From Wallemia ichthyophaga EXF-994 (taxonomy: Eukaryota > Fungi > Basidiomycota), in assembly GCF_000400465.1 (NCBI RefSeq), contig NW_008806287.1, forward strand, positions 150,001-182,000: 32,000 nt of DNA, in the 5' to 3' direction. This document shows positions 1 to 11,768 of this stretch, piece after piece (the stretch's first letter is position 1; the number at the start of each line of letters is the position of its first letter). The position numbers and the translations under genes are program-made. The notes beneath the pieces are model-generated. The model made no database searches and was not told the origin of the DNA. It saw only the letters and a list, made by a program, of their open reading frames with translations.

Positions 1-1210
<1,210 letters not shown>

Positions 1211-1380
1211 ATTAAATTGATTACGTAGTTGGTGTGAAAGGGTTACTAGCCCCAATTTACATTTAACATCATGTATAAAATTGTTACTTTCGTTTAAACA
1301 GACTTTCCAAATTTCTTTTATTTGTATGTTTGTGTGTTCCCCTGGATGATCACTTCACTTAAGATTGATTGCTGGGTTCC

Positions 1381-2161
1381 TTACTCTTTTTCTGAGAGGT
1401 ACGCTTTGCGATTATACGTTGCTTGATCTCTAAGCCATTGCCTGTAAGACTTCAAGCTTACAATAGACTCGCCGTAGTAATCTAACTATGTAAGCTTGTG
1501 CAATGAGACAATAAATTGCACCCACCAGGAACTGGATTTTGAACTGATTGTCTTGCAGGATCTACCCTCTTCTTCATAACTGCAGTTGTAAACATTTACC
1601 ACCTCTAAACTATTAAATGCACTCACTATGATGGAAAAATAGTCTCTCTTTGATCTCATACTCAGGTAATTTTGACTTATGTAGGAATTTCCAGATGGAA
1701 GTACCTAAAGATGGACCAGTTAACCATCCAAGTGCGCCACATCCCATCTATTTTTGTCAAATGATCCAAATTTAGAGGATAAAGACTCACTGATGCAATC
1801 GAGTAAACCCAAATTGCTTCAATACCTGACGATTGTTATTCCTGCTAGACTAAATAACGTAAACAAACCAAATATGACTTGATTAGGATCAAACGAAGAA
1901 AAGTAGCTTGCACCACCAAAGAAACCACCTAAGGTGGTTGGTATGCTAGCTATAGCGTCATATCTGTCTAGTTAAGGTATTAAATATAAGCCAATAACCC
2001 TATAAAGGCTCCTTACGACGAGATTTCCGTATATTCAAGAAATCCTCCCAATTGAGTGGTTCAACGCCTTGTAAAGCAGAATCTTGATTATTATTGGGCG
2101 CAGTAAACGATCTAACTAAATAATTTTTATTCGAACTGTTTAATATTCTCCTCGATAACAT
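1381..2161 (-). CDS. PAM17: Mitochondrial presequence translocase-associated motor subunit Pam17 (6 exons)
   Basis: Spliced product [98 protein letters not shown]. The [16 protein letters not shown] motif is characteristic of Pam17. Arg/Ser-rich presequence; 5 GT-AG introns. Mostly absent from the ORF track. Confidence 0.9.
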
Positions 2162-2187
2162 TTTGATGGTAAACTTCAACAACCAAC

Positions 2188-3089
2188 ATGGTGAGAGTGA
2201 TTCATTCAATTTAAATATAAAAATTAAGTTTCCTTCAGGCTAGAAATTCTGAGAAATCTCAATCAATGCTCTTCAGGTTTAGAGAGGCTAAACTGAGTGA
2301 GATGGGAATGTCTACACGTTTTACTCGCAGGCCAAAAATGGTTTCACTAGTCACTTCAATTAGAGACTGTGAACGTTTTAGAGGTGAAATTCTTAAAGAG
2401 ATTAGTAGAAAGGTCGATAAGATTCAAGACGCTGGCTTAACAGATTACGAAGTTAGGGATCTCAACGATGAGATCAACGGTTTGCTCAGAGAGAAATCAA
2501 ATTATGAAAGGCAAATAGTTTCACTTGGTGGTGCTAATTATAGAAGAGCTGGTGTCATGTTGGATGAATCTGGTAAAGAAATTCCAGGTACTCGCGGTTA
2601 CAAGTACTTTGGACGTGCAAAAGATCTCCCTGGCGTTAAAGAGCTTTTTGAACGTACAGATATGGATGAAGAAGCTGAGGATGATATATATAAGCCATTC
2701 ACTGATCAAGGACCTGATTACTTTGGTGACACAACCGAATTTAACCATGAGTTGCTTGAATACGAACACGATTTAGAAAAAAAATGTGAGTTTACGTAAT
2801 GCCATTTTCTCTTACCTCCCTAACATATACAGCCCATCAAAACGCAGTAGAGAGATTGAAAGTAGTTCTAAACACCCCAGACGTGCAAAATGAAGCGTAC
2901 AGTCATCACAAACCGCGACCGCTTCAAGCACTTATGGAGATCGCAAAAGAGAACAAGTTGAATAGCGTTCATTCCGACTTTATTGAAGATGAATATCTAG
3001 AGCCACCGCGATTGCCAACAAAGGAAGAGACTGACAAAGCCTTACTTGATATACGCAAACAATCATTAATGTCTGAATACGGAATTTGA
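2188..3089 (+). CDS. ISY1: Pre-mRNA splicing factor Isy1 (Prp19/NTC complex)
   Basis: ATG at 2188-2190, intron 2191-2238, then ARNSEKSQSMLFRFRE..EVRDLNDEINGLLREK..GYKYFGRAKDLPGVKELFE. Second intron 2786-2832 joins the 2799-3089 ORF. Confidence 0.95.
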
Positions 3090-3144
3090 TGTACTAATTT
3101 ATAAATACTGTTGTAATGCTCTATCTTGATTACTTACTTTCATC

Positions 3145-4216
3145 ATGCCTAAGAGACATAAGCAATCTGCGATACACGAAGCTGCTGTCGAAGATGAAAG
3201 TATTGGAGGTATTAACGACCCCGGTAAACGTGAAGCTGCCGGTGAAAGACGTCGTCTTATCGAAATTGATCCTTCTAGTACTCTCAAGGCAAATAAGAAG
3301 AAGCTCAAAGAAAAAGTAGACGCCCATAAAGTTGATCTTCTCGGTAAACGTAAAAGAAAGTCCAAGAAGTGGGTCAGAGATGTTGACCCTAACGTCTTGA
3401 TCGACGATAATGCTGCAGAAAACTCCAATAAACGTAAGTTGATGTTAAGAGTACTTTATTCTTATTGACATTCAGTAGTTCCATCTGCTGTACGTGTGGA
3501 TATTTCATCACTTTAACAAAACGTTAAGAGCTCCTTTAGAGTGTCATGAAAATGATATACAGCCATACGGCTAACTACTATAAAGGTAAAGGTATTCTCG
3601 GTGAAGGTAGCGACAATGGTAGTGATAACGACAGCGATGAAACAAATAATGATATTGATATAGGCAGTAGTAATAAAGACCTTAATCAAGGCCTTATCCA
3701 AGACAACAATCAAAGCAATGATGAAAATAACAATCACGTCGATCCAACGCCAGTCCCACGACAGGACATGTCTTACGCTTTCGATGGTACATCTTTAGTC
3801 TGCCTTGGTGAGCTAATACTAAAACAATTTCTCACAATCCTAACCAACCTCTCACAGGCCTTCTTTTCGAAGAATTGATTGTACACTACACCAGAGACCT
3901 CATCGATGAGGATATCGATGTCGCTAGAGAAGAACCAGAGGATTTATCCGGCTTAAATGATAACACGCCGCAAGCTTCCGAAAATATCATAGCTACAAAT
4001 GCGAGTACATCTCACCAAATTAACGCAAAATCAAAAAAGAAGTCTACCAATAAGCAATCAGACCAATTTATCAAGCAAAAAGCTTTAGACGACCTTTCAA
4101 AAAAGAAAGTTGAACCAGACTCAGAAGATAACCTTAGTCTCGCAAGCGACCCTGACGAGAATGCACTGAAATCTAGCCCATCTATACCTTCTATTCGTTC
4201 ACCGTCGATCGGTTAA
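3145..4216 (+). CDS. Probable RNA polymerase I UAF subunit Rrn10-like protein (4 exons)
   Basis: Introns 3434-3475, 3490-3539 and 3808-3857 join three ORFs in frame. The product has LVPSASVMKMIYSHTANYY ... DMSYAFDGTSLVCLGLLFEELI, which resembles from memory the bipartite Rrn10 motif (PxSDLLKAIHxYASxYY ... DxSALLALGILxEE). Family assignment is unverified. Confidence 0.55.
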
Positions 4217-4475
4217 CCTTAACGATATCAACAGGTATCATAGAAGTCTATTTATCCGTATCCAGAAGTCTGTATATCACCGCCATTATACTGTACTTGG
4301 TGAAACGACGTGTAACAATCAAGTATTAAAGATGTATACTGTCAGCTTACTCAAATTTACTCGTACAAGCGTTAACGCGTCGAGAAGAAAGACTAGGAGG
4401 AGAAATGATTAAAGATAAAGAGAGAAAAAGCTCGAATGTTTCAAGCACAGCCTGAATATGAAAACAAGACGATGA

Positions 4476-6069
4476 CTACACTTGACCTTATGATCTCGTT
4501 AGCAACACTTCGGAGTCAACTTACATAAGACTAACCTTTAATGTCAACCTTTACGTATCTGGACACTTGACTCAGAAGTATTGGATGAACATCTTTACAA
4601 AGAAGCACCTTTTCATGATCTGGTGGCACGCCATTGTTTGTGACTCCAACGGCGCTCTTTTCGAAACAGCTAACAGCGCCGAGTTGCTTTAAAAGATCTT
4701 TTACTGCCGTAGCATTATCGAATCTAAGCTCATTCTTTATGAAGGATAATGGTATCTTTATGTAAGCCTTAGTTATCATTATCAATGCCTTCAACCTCTC
4801 TCTTTCAACGAAAGCATCAATAATGTAAGCAGACATATTTGGCGAATCTTGATATAATTTGAAGAAGAGATGATAGTTGTTAGTAACTAGTGATGAACGT
4901 ACCTTTAATGCGTGCCTTATTTCATGAGCTTCTTTCTTTTCGTTTGACAACAGTCCAACAAGTATATTCGCCGCTGACCAGTTTCTGCTATAGCATAGGT
5001 ATAGAATTTGGTAGCTTATAAACTCCAATTCGTTACCCTTAAGATTTAATTGATAAAGAGGTTGTAAATTAGCAGCGCATTGATTGTATTCACCTAAGTC
5101 GCCATTCTCTAAAGCTAGTCTTGCGTGTATTTCGTAGACTTGTACTGTGAAATCGTTCTTGATCCGTTGTACAGTAAGGTCTTGTCGAAGTGATTTGAAC
5201 TGGTCACATATATAGTTATAATCTCTGTCCTGCCGCCATTTTCTCTTAAGGTGATCAAGCGTCTTCTTCAAAACAGGTAAAGGGCGTATTGTGGCTGGAT
5301 CAGGTGCGGATGTTAGTCTGAGATACTGTTTCTCTAGTGAATCTGATAAGCCGACGATAGTGTGTTGATCCCAGTCAATCACATTTGGATCAGGCTCGCT
5401 TGTATTACCTCTGTTTATCCATTTATTTGCCTTTGGTGGCATTTTCACGGTAGCTGGGTTGGTGTAAGTTGATGGTATAGTCGCACCCTCAAATCTCTTT
5501 GCTCTTTTAACGCGCATATCCTCATCGTCATCAACGGTGAACCCCTTTGACTTCTTTGGTTGTGATGACTTCTTAGTAGCTTGATTGTTCCTGGGATAAG
5601 CGTGTCAGAAGTAGACAGTTTGTCGAGTGATTTGCTCACTTTTTCCGTTTCATCGGCTGTTGCGCCTGCTGAGGACTTATTTGAATGCCATTTGAGGCAG
5701 CAGTACCAATCGCGGCTGCGTAGGAACCAGTTGGAGGAGGTAGAGAATTTTGAAGGCTAATAGCTTATAAGAAAGGATCAGCGGTTGGTTGTACACTCAC
5801 GACGGTATACGCTGTGCCATCCAATTCGTAGTCCACAATCTACCTTCAACGTACGCACTGAGACGTTATATATGTCAGATACATATAACAACTCCAGTCC
5901 ACGCCATACCGCTGAATCATTTCCTTTAGCTCGAGATTCACTTTGACCTTGTTGCTATCGTTAGCCTGTGACAACACGTTCTCAACGAAATTTCTAAATT
6001 TTCTTATTAATTGAATGATTATCTTATTCTCATTTTATACCTTAAAGCTGGTGGCCAACTCGATGACAT
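4476..6069 (-). CDS. THP3: SAC3/GANP (PCI) domain protein, Thp3/LENG8 type
   Basis: LEKQYLRLTSAPDPATIRPLPVLKKTL, YICDQFKSLRQDLTVQRIKNDFTVQVYEIHARLALENGDLGEYNQC. Spliced N-terminus MSSSWPPALRNFVE..LWTTNW; spliced C-terminus KVDIKGQV* with stop at 4476-4478. Confidence 0.88.
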
Positions 6070-6155
6070 TATTCCCCTTTATATCTCGTGATGGTGTCAG
6101 TTCAAGGTGCAATTTACTGCTTAAAATACATTTAATTTACATTCTCTATACGTTA

Positions 6156-8048
6156 TCATCTTAGTACTATTGGTGGTGCAAGCGTTGGTATCTCTCCCCA
6201 AGAGAATTGCTCATCTTTAAATGCCTTTTGAAATTGTTCAGGTAGTTCTTCTAGAGAAGGCGCAAATCGAGCTGATTGATCTACTTCCTCTGGCCTCTGT
6301 TCCCTGCTTGGCACTCCAAACGCGCTAGTTCCTATACTATGCCCAAATACTGTCTCCTGCTGACTAGCTGCTGGTTGTCCAAACGCTGATGGGCGTCCAA
6401 ATGCAGAGGGTTGATCAAGCGTCGAAGAAACGGGAGCTGGTGCTGGAGTTGTCGCTGGAGGTGCTACTGCAGGCGTATCAAATGAAGGTTTAAGTGAAAA
6501 AGCACTAGTAGGTGCTGGTGCAGACGTTTGTCCGAATGCACTTTGCCCAAACGAGCTAACTGGGGTCGATTGTTGTCCAAACGCATTATTGCCCCCACTA
6601 CCGCTTTGAGAAGTGTCATTGAATGCATTGTTCGATGAAGTACTGCTCTGACCAAAGGCGCTTGGTTGTGAGGTTTGTCCAAATGCAGATTGACCAAACG
6701 CTAAGCCAGTACCTCCACTGCCTCCTCCACCGCCGAATGCTCCGAATCCAGTCGACGCAGCCGGTGTGGTCCCGCCAAATGCCGATGAACCTGTACTAGA
6801 CTGACCGAATGCGTTTGTCTGACCAAAGGCGCTTGAAGGCGTCGTGCTTTGGCCGAACGCATTACTTGTAGGAGCACTGTTTTTTTGACCAAAAGCGTTG
6901 GTAGGTGTTGCGCTCTGGCCAAACACACTTGTTGAAGGCGTGGAAGTGGATCCAAATGCGCTTTTAGGCTCTGAAGATGCACCAAACGCTGGTTTAGACT
7001 CAGCAAACGCCCCAAAGCCACTTGAAGGTGCACTGGTTAGTGCAGATGCTCCAGATGCTCCGCCACCAAACGAATTTGGCTGTCCAAATGCACTGTTACT
7101 CGCAGGCGTTGCCGACTGTCCGAAAGCACCTTGAGTTGAGCTTCCAAACGCGCTTTGCTGAGATATAGATCCGAATGCATTCGATGAAGGCTTTGAAGAT
7201 GAGAAAGCACCAAAACCGCTCGACGGGGCACCAAAACCATTTGCAGTCGATCCACCAAACGCTGAAGATCCAAATGCTGGTTGGCTGGGCTGCGCACTTT
7301 GCCCGAATGCTGAAGTTGATGCTGCTGTTGTTGCTGATGGCTTAAATGCACTGTTCGCTGGTATCTGGCCCTTGAGCTTGGCATTAATATGCTTATGCGC
7401 GTCAAAGCTGTTTCTAGCCGCACTTTCAAATAACTGTAAGCATTTGGCTGTCTGTGATTCTTCGTATTGCACCTGATCAATACTATTAGCTCTATCTTTT
7501 TAGCGCCTTCAGTGTACTGCACTTACGTATTGTTGAGGGTTGCCAGACGCGTTCGCCTGGACAAACTTAAGACGCAACTCTTCAGGCGACTCGTCTAGCT
7601 CCAATATGAGATTAGGTTCCTCCTTCGCTGGCCCATAACTTGTAAGGGGATAAATCGGGCGCTCATCAACTAAATCGTGTCTGATTGATTCGGCACTAGT
7701 AGTTGTGAGATTTACGTAATCAAATCTCTGATACGCACCTTGAAGCGCTCTCGTTCTTGCGCGCAGAATTTGTATTACCAGAAGCAAATGACGAGTTACT
7801 AAAGTTGCTGAAACCGCCTTGTCTACTTCCAGCAGCTAGAATATGTCAGCCAGTTAATTACTTGCTCTTTGTAACCCACTTTGCTCTCCAGGATGTTGAT
7901 TTTTGCAGTTGCTACCAAACCGGCATCTAATATGCAGTGTCAGTCACTGATCACAATGTCCTTGATAACGCACGCTCCACGTAAAAAATACTGGCAAACT
8001 ACCTGTGACTTTGTCAGATCGTTCACTATGATTTCAGAGCCGTACCAT
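6156..8048 (-). CDS. NUP42: CCCH zinc-finger FG-repeat nucleoporin (Nup42/NUPL2/Amo1 type)
   Basis: Spliced N-terminus MVVCQYFLRGACRFGSNCKNQHP (C-x7-C-x5-C-x3-H), then YPLTSYGPAKEEPNL, many SAFG/AFG repeats, and a C-terminal FSWGEIPTLAPP resembling the Gle1-binding motif. Confidence 0.85.
6330..7330 (-). repeat. (S/N)AFG nucleoporin FG-repeat array (coding)
   Basis: Recurrent SAFGQ/NAFGQ/GFGAF units in the 6156-7472 ORF; boundaries approximate. Confidence 0.85.
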
Positions 8049-8189
8049 TTCCGAAGATGATTGTCCAGGTCCAAAGTGCAAAATGAGTAGTATTTCATAT
8101 CAAAAGTGTGTAATGATATTACCTTTATCTGAAGACTATCTTGATGTTAATATATGAGGGAAAAATTAAAAGCAAATTATAAAAAGATG

Positions 8190-8276
8190 TCCTCCCACCC
8201 AGAATCGAACTAGGAACCTCAAGATGTGCTAGGTTTCAATTACAGTCTTGCGCTCTGCCAATTGAGCTATAGGAGG
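8190..8276 (-). tRNA. tRNA-Tyr(GTA) with a 14-nt intron (8226-8239)
   Basis: Minus strand CCTCCTA TAGCTCAATTGGCAGAGCG CAAGA CTGTAA [TTGAAACCTAGCAC] A TCTTG AGGTT CCTAG TTCGATT CTGGG TGGGAGG A. Shows C1-G72 and A73 Tyr identity, A and B boxes, an intron after position 37, and a T5 terminator at 8181-8185. Confidence 0.96.
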
Positions 8277-8293
8277 CTATAATTGAAATCTAA

Positions 8294-8658
8294 AATAAAA
8301 CAAAGGTATCAAATTATCTGTCCAGAACGTATACGAGTTCTTCAAACCGCAATTGACTACGTACCAAAGATACTCCGTTGGTTCAATGTAATTGAGAACC
8401 ACCAACAATTTACAAATTACGACGCTAGTCAAGAAACGCTCCCAGTAAATTCAGCACCCCCTTTGACTCCTCATGCTTTAAGAACTATTTATGGACGCTG
8501 TTTAAACAATTATTGTCTTAACAATATATTTAGATTTCATCATCATCAAATTTATCCCATAACGACGCTTTCCAACATTAGTTGATTATCAGGATGATCT
8601 TCAGCTCGCTGAGATATTATTAAAGTTGTTTTGTAAGCAATTTTCGGACACAATTCTC
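8294..8658 (+). mobile_element. Copy A: severely 5'-truncated non-LTR retrotransposon 3' remnant
   Basis: 8332-8391 encodes YEFFKPQLTTYQRYSVGSM*, 12/19 identical to the C-terminus of copy B, with the first 15 nt identical and the stop at the same position. It is followed by an AT-rich tail region with CATCATCATC near 8538-8547. Outer boundaries are inferred. Confidence 0.6.
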
Positions 8659-8671
8659 ATTGAAATCCTAA

Positions 8672-9182
8672 TTGTAGTAAATTTGCTTTCCCTACTGCCA
8701 AGTCTTACCGATTCCGATTCAAACTGTCAGATTCACCACTTTGCAGCAAGTGCAATGAAGTAGACAGTATCACACACAGGATTTTCAGATGTAGGAAGTT
8801 CGATCAAGCAAGATTATCGTTGAGGAGGAGGACATATGGAATGGGGTTAAGGTTCGAGATGAAATATATGCTTTCAAACGAAGAAGTTCTCAAAGCTCTC
8901 TACGAGTTCTTCAAAAACCAGCTCAGCACCCAACCGCGCACCTCCGTTAGCTCCACGTAGTTACCTCCCAATTGCGGCACACGTGCCAAGAATTGCATTC
9001 CTCTGAGTCACTACAATCATCAGCTTTCGATACACAAGAAGTATAGATAGGCGAAGATTATTAATCGTTGTAACGCTTTTGACTATATATTATTATTTCT
9101 ACCTATCATCTCCAGATCGAGAATGTGCACTACATAACATGATTTCTATCCAACAAATAATGGCCAAATTAATCAATGAAAG
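8672..9182 (+). mobile_element. Copy B: 5'-truncated LINE ORF2 3' end (CCHC zinc knuckle; I-group/Tad1-like) plus 3' UTR
   Basis: The ATG-less frame 8664-8960 reads FAFPTAKSYRFRFKLSDSPLCSKCNEVDSITHRIFRCRKFDQARLSLRRR..MKYMLSNEEVLKALYEFFKNQLSTQPRTSVSST*. C-x2-C-x7-H-x4-C at 8742-8792, preceded by a DSPLC motif, is typical of the LINE ORF2 C-terminus. Not in the ORF track. Outer boundaries are inferred. Confidence 0.78.
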
Positions 9183-9374
9183 ATTGAAACTCTGAATACA
9201 AAAAGCAAACAGACAGATAAAAGGCGAAACTATGTACCGTTCTCGAAAAATGCATACATGTGGCAAAACAAACATGGCCACACAGGTTAAGCAGAATGGG
9301 ATTAGACAACAAAACCTAATTCTATTGCTTACATATGATAATTATTATATACAGATATCGGTTCTAACATAGGC

Positions 9375-11062
9375 TTACTGTCTTTAGGCAAGTCAACTAT
9401 GACATAATGGCAAAGTGAAGAAACTCACTCTCCGCTTTCGTTTGTGAACTCCATATGTTTGCGGATATCTTCATCCGAGACGGTCGGTCGAGTGCTATTG
9501 ACGGCTTTAATGAAATCGTTGAGGGAGAGGTCAGGTTCGAGCAATTCTTCAGAGTCGATGGTAGACCAACCACCTTCAAAGGCGTGTGGATCACCGGGTG
9601 AACAAGGAGTCAGCTTTCTAATTGAGTTTCCACTCTCGTCGTTGACATGTACCTCCTTGAAGTGAGTTGCAGAGAGTACCTTTCGTACAGGTTGCATCAA
9701 CGCGTCTCTCACGACGATGGCTATATCGGAACCAGAATAGCCTTCAGTCTTTTCGCCTAACAATCTGTAATCTTTTTGAGTCAACTTGCATGGAGTTTCA
9801 CCGACATTCAACCTAAACATCTCCTTTCTAGCCTCTGGTTCAGGTAGTGGTATATAGATTCTTTTCTCAAATCTTCTCTTTATAGCAACATCTAAAGACC
9901 ATGGTATATTGGTTGCACCGAGGACTAAAACCCCGTTGTCATCATTTCCTACGCCATTCATTTGAACGAGGAATTCAGTCTTAATTCTTCTGCTTGCCTC
10001 AGATTCACCTTCACCTCTGGTGCCAGCCAAACTGTCAACTTCATCGATGAAGATGATGGATGGTTTGTTTTCCCTGGCCATAGCGAAGAGATTTTTTACT
10101 AATCTTTCAGATTCGCCCATCCATTTGCTGACCAGATCTGAGGAGGAAACGCTAAAGAAGGTTGACTTGGATTCAGTGGCTACTGCTTTTGCGAGGTAAG
10201 ATTTACCAGTACCTGGTGGACCAAATAGTAAGATACCGCTGAGAGGTCATGAGGGAGTGGGGTGATTAAAGAGAGACCAACTCACCGCCAAGGTTTGCGG
10301 TTACCTTTGAAGAGATGAGGGAACTTTATCGGTAAGATGACAGCTTCTTTGAGAGCCTCTTTTGCAACTTCGAGACCAGCGACGTCATCCCAGCTAACGT
10401 TTGGTGTTTCATGTAGAATTGAGCCTTTGTATTGTTAATGTGGGTAATAAGGATGTCAAGCCACGCTCACTTGATAATCCAGCGCGTAATTTCTTAGTCT
10501 CAGCGTCATCGTTTTCGGCCTCTTTGTTACTAAATCGACGCGTTAGACCGTGGTTTAAGGGGAGGAGAAAGGACGTACGGTTGACCAGAATTAGCACTGG
10601 CAGTGTTAGTAGAACCAAGTGGTTGCTTCTTGTTTTCATCACTTTTAGCAATATGCTGGGAGAATGAGTGAGGAAGGAGAGAGAAAAAGTAGGAAATCAC
10701 CTGCTTGAGCTTCTCTGCTCTTGTGATGTAATCAACGAGTTTACCACGTATCATTGTCTTTAAAGAAGGGTTCTTTTCGTCTGAGTGGGATTGAGTTGGC
10801 AGTGTGGCTATGAATTACTTGAGACGCACATTTCAAAGCCATCATAAAGTAATCCAAGGCATTTAAATAGAGTCTCAAGGCCTCAGCGTAGTTTGTCTTT
10901 ACATCCTCTTCAATCGCCTGGGATTGGTTAGACTGTGGTCTATTAAGCGTGTGTTGATTATTACATTAGAAACCAAGTCAATGGCTTTCTAGTCGCTTTA
11001 TTAGAATATTTCAAGTCCCCGACTAGCACACGCACATCAAGGAAATTTGAATTGGATGTCAT
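9375..11062 (-). CDS. VPS4: AAA-ATPase Vps4 (ESCRT-III disassembly)
   Basis: Spliced MIT domain ([28 protein letters not shown]), Walker [11 protein letters not shown], Walker [35 protein letters not shown] beta domain; last exon gives ESGEQ*. Confidence 0.97.
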
Positions 11063-11369
11063 TGTTGATTTGATAGTGAATTCGAAATCTTTATAAGGAA
11101 ATATAAAAGTTTTAATTTATTTAACTAACACATTACAATATACCAAGCGTGCACAGCTAGCAATCCCATCCAGCCAGCCGGCTAATCACCCACAGCGACC
11201 ACTTGGGAATTTAAATGGATCAAGTAATAAACAGCACCACTGAGTACGCTCTACAGCTCCTTAATACCTTATAAGCTTAATTTATTTAAATTTTCTAATT
11301 TGTAAATTTTGATAGACGCTGACGCTCATCCTGAATTCCTTCTCGTTAGCAACGCTGTGTTTTTGAAAA

Positions 11370-11726
11370 ATGGTGTGTGGCTGTTTATATGAATATAAGC
11401 CATTCTAATAAACTTCCCCCGCTTTAGACCCTTGCAGTCGACCTTCTCAACCCTTCGTATCAATCTGAGGTTCAAAAGCACAAGCTCAAGCGTCTGGTCC
11501 CAAGTCCAAACTCTTTCTTCATGGACGTCAAGTGCCCAGGATGCTTTGCTATTACAACCGTCTTCTCACACGCTCAGACGGTTGTTTTATGCGGCTCTTG
11601 CTCCACCGTACTCTCTCAACCAACCGGTGGTAAGGCTCGTTTGACTGAGGGTGAGTCCTTTTCCTCTTTTAAGACTTATTTCTCATTCATTACTTTCCAG
11701 GCTGCTCATTCCGTAGAAAGAACTAA
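11370..11726 (+). CDS. RPS27: 40S ribosomal protein eS27
   Basis: ATG at 11370-11372, intron 11373-11427, then [68 protein letters not shown], a second intron, and CSFRRKN*. Confidence 0.98.
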
Positions 11727-11768
11727 GTTTTCTAAGCTTAAACTGTTATCTACGAAATACATTCCTCT

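Noticed and set aside
4217-4475. Open frames downstream of the Rrn10-like stop, including a hydrophobic stretch reachable via a 23-nt GT..AG segment
   Set aside because: 23 nt is far below the intron sizes seen elsewhere here and the donor is poor; more likely 3' UTR.
6464-7522. Long alternative-frame and antisense ORFs over NUP42 (and similarly over NST1, U2AF65 and ZW10)
   Set aside because: Explained by low-complexity repeats that lack stop codons in shadow frames; no independent motifs.
8283-8585. 100-aa + strand ORF next to the tRNA
   Set aside because: Starts at TTG and has no recognisable motif. The meaningful homology (YEFFK..) is in a different frame and belongs to the LINE remnant.
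8585-8615. GATGA..CTGA with a small hairpin, resembling a C/D snoRNA
   Set aside because: Box C is non-canonical, the spacing is far too short, and no guide region is identifiable.
11600-11630. RPS27 has VLSQPTGG instead of the usual VLCQPTGG
   Set aside because: The four zinc-ligand cysteines (CPGC, CGSC) are intact; the substituted residue is not a ligand.
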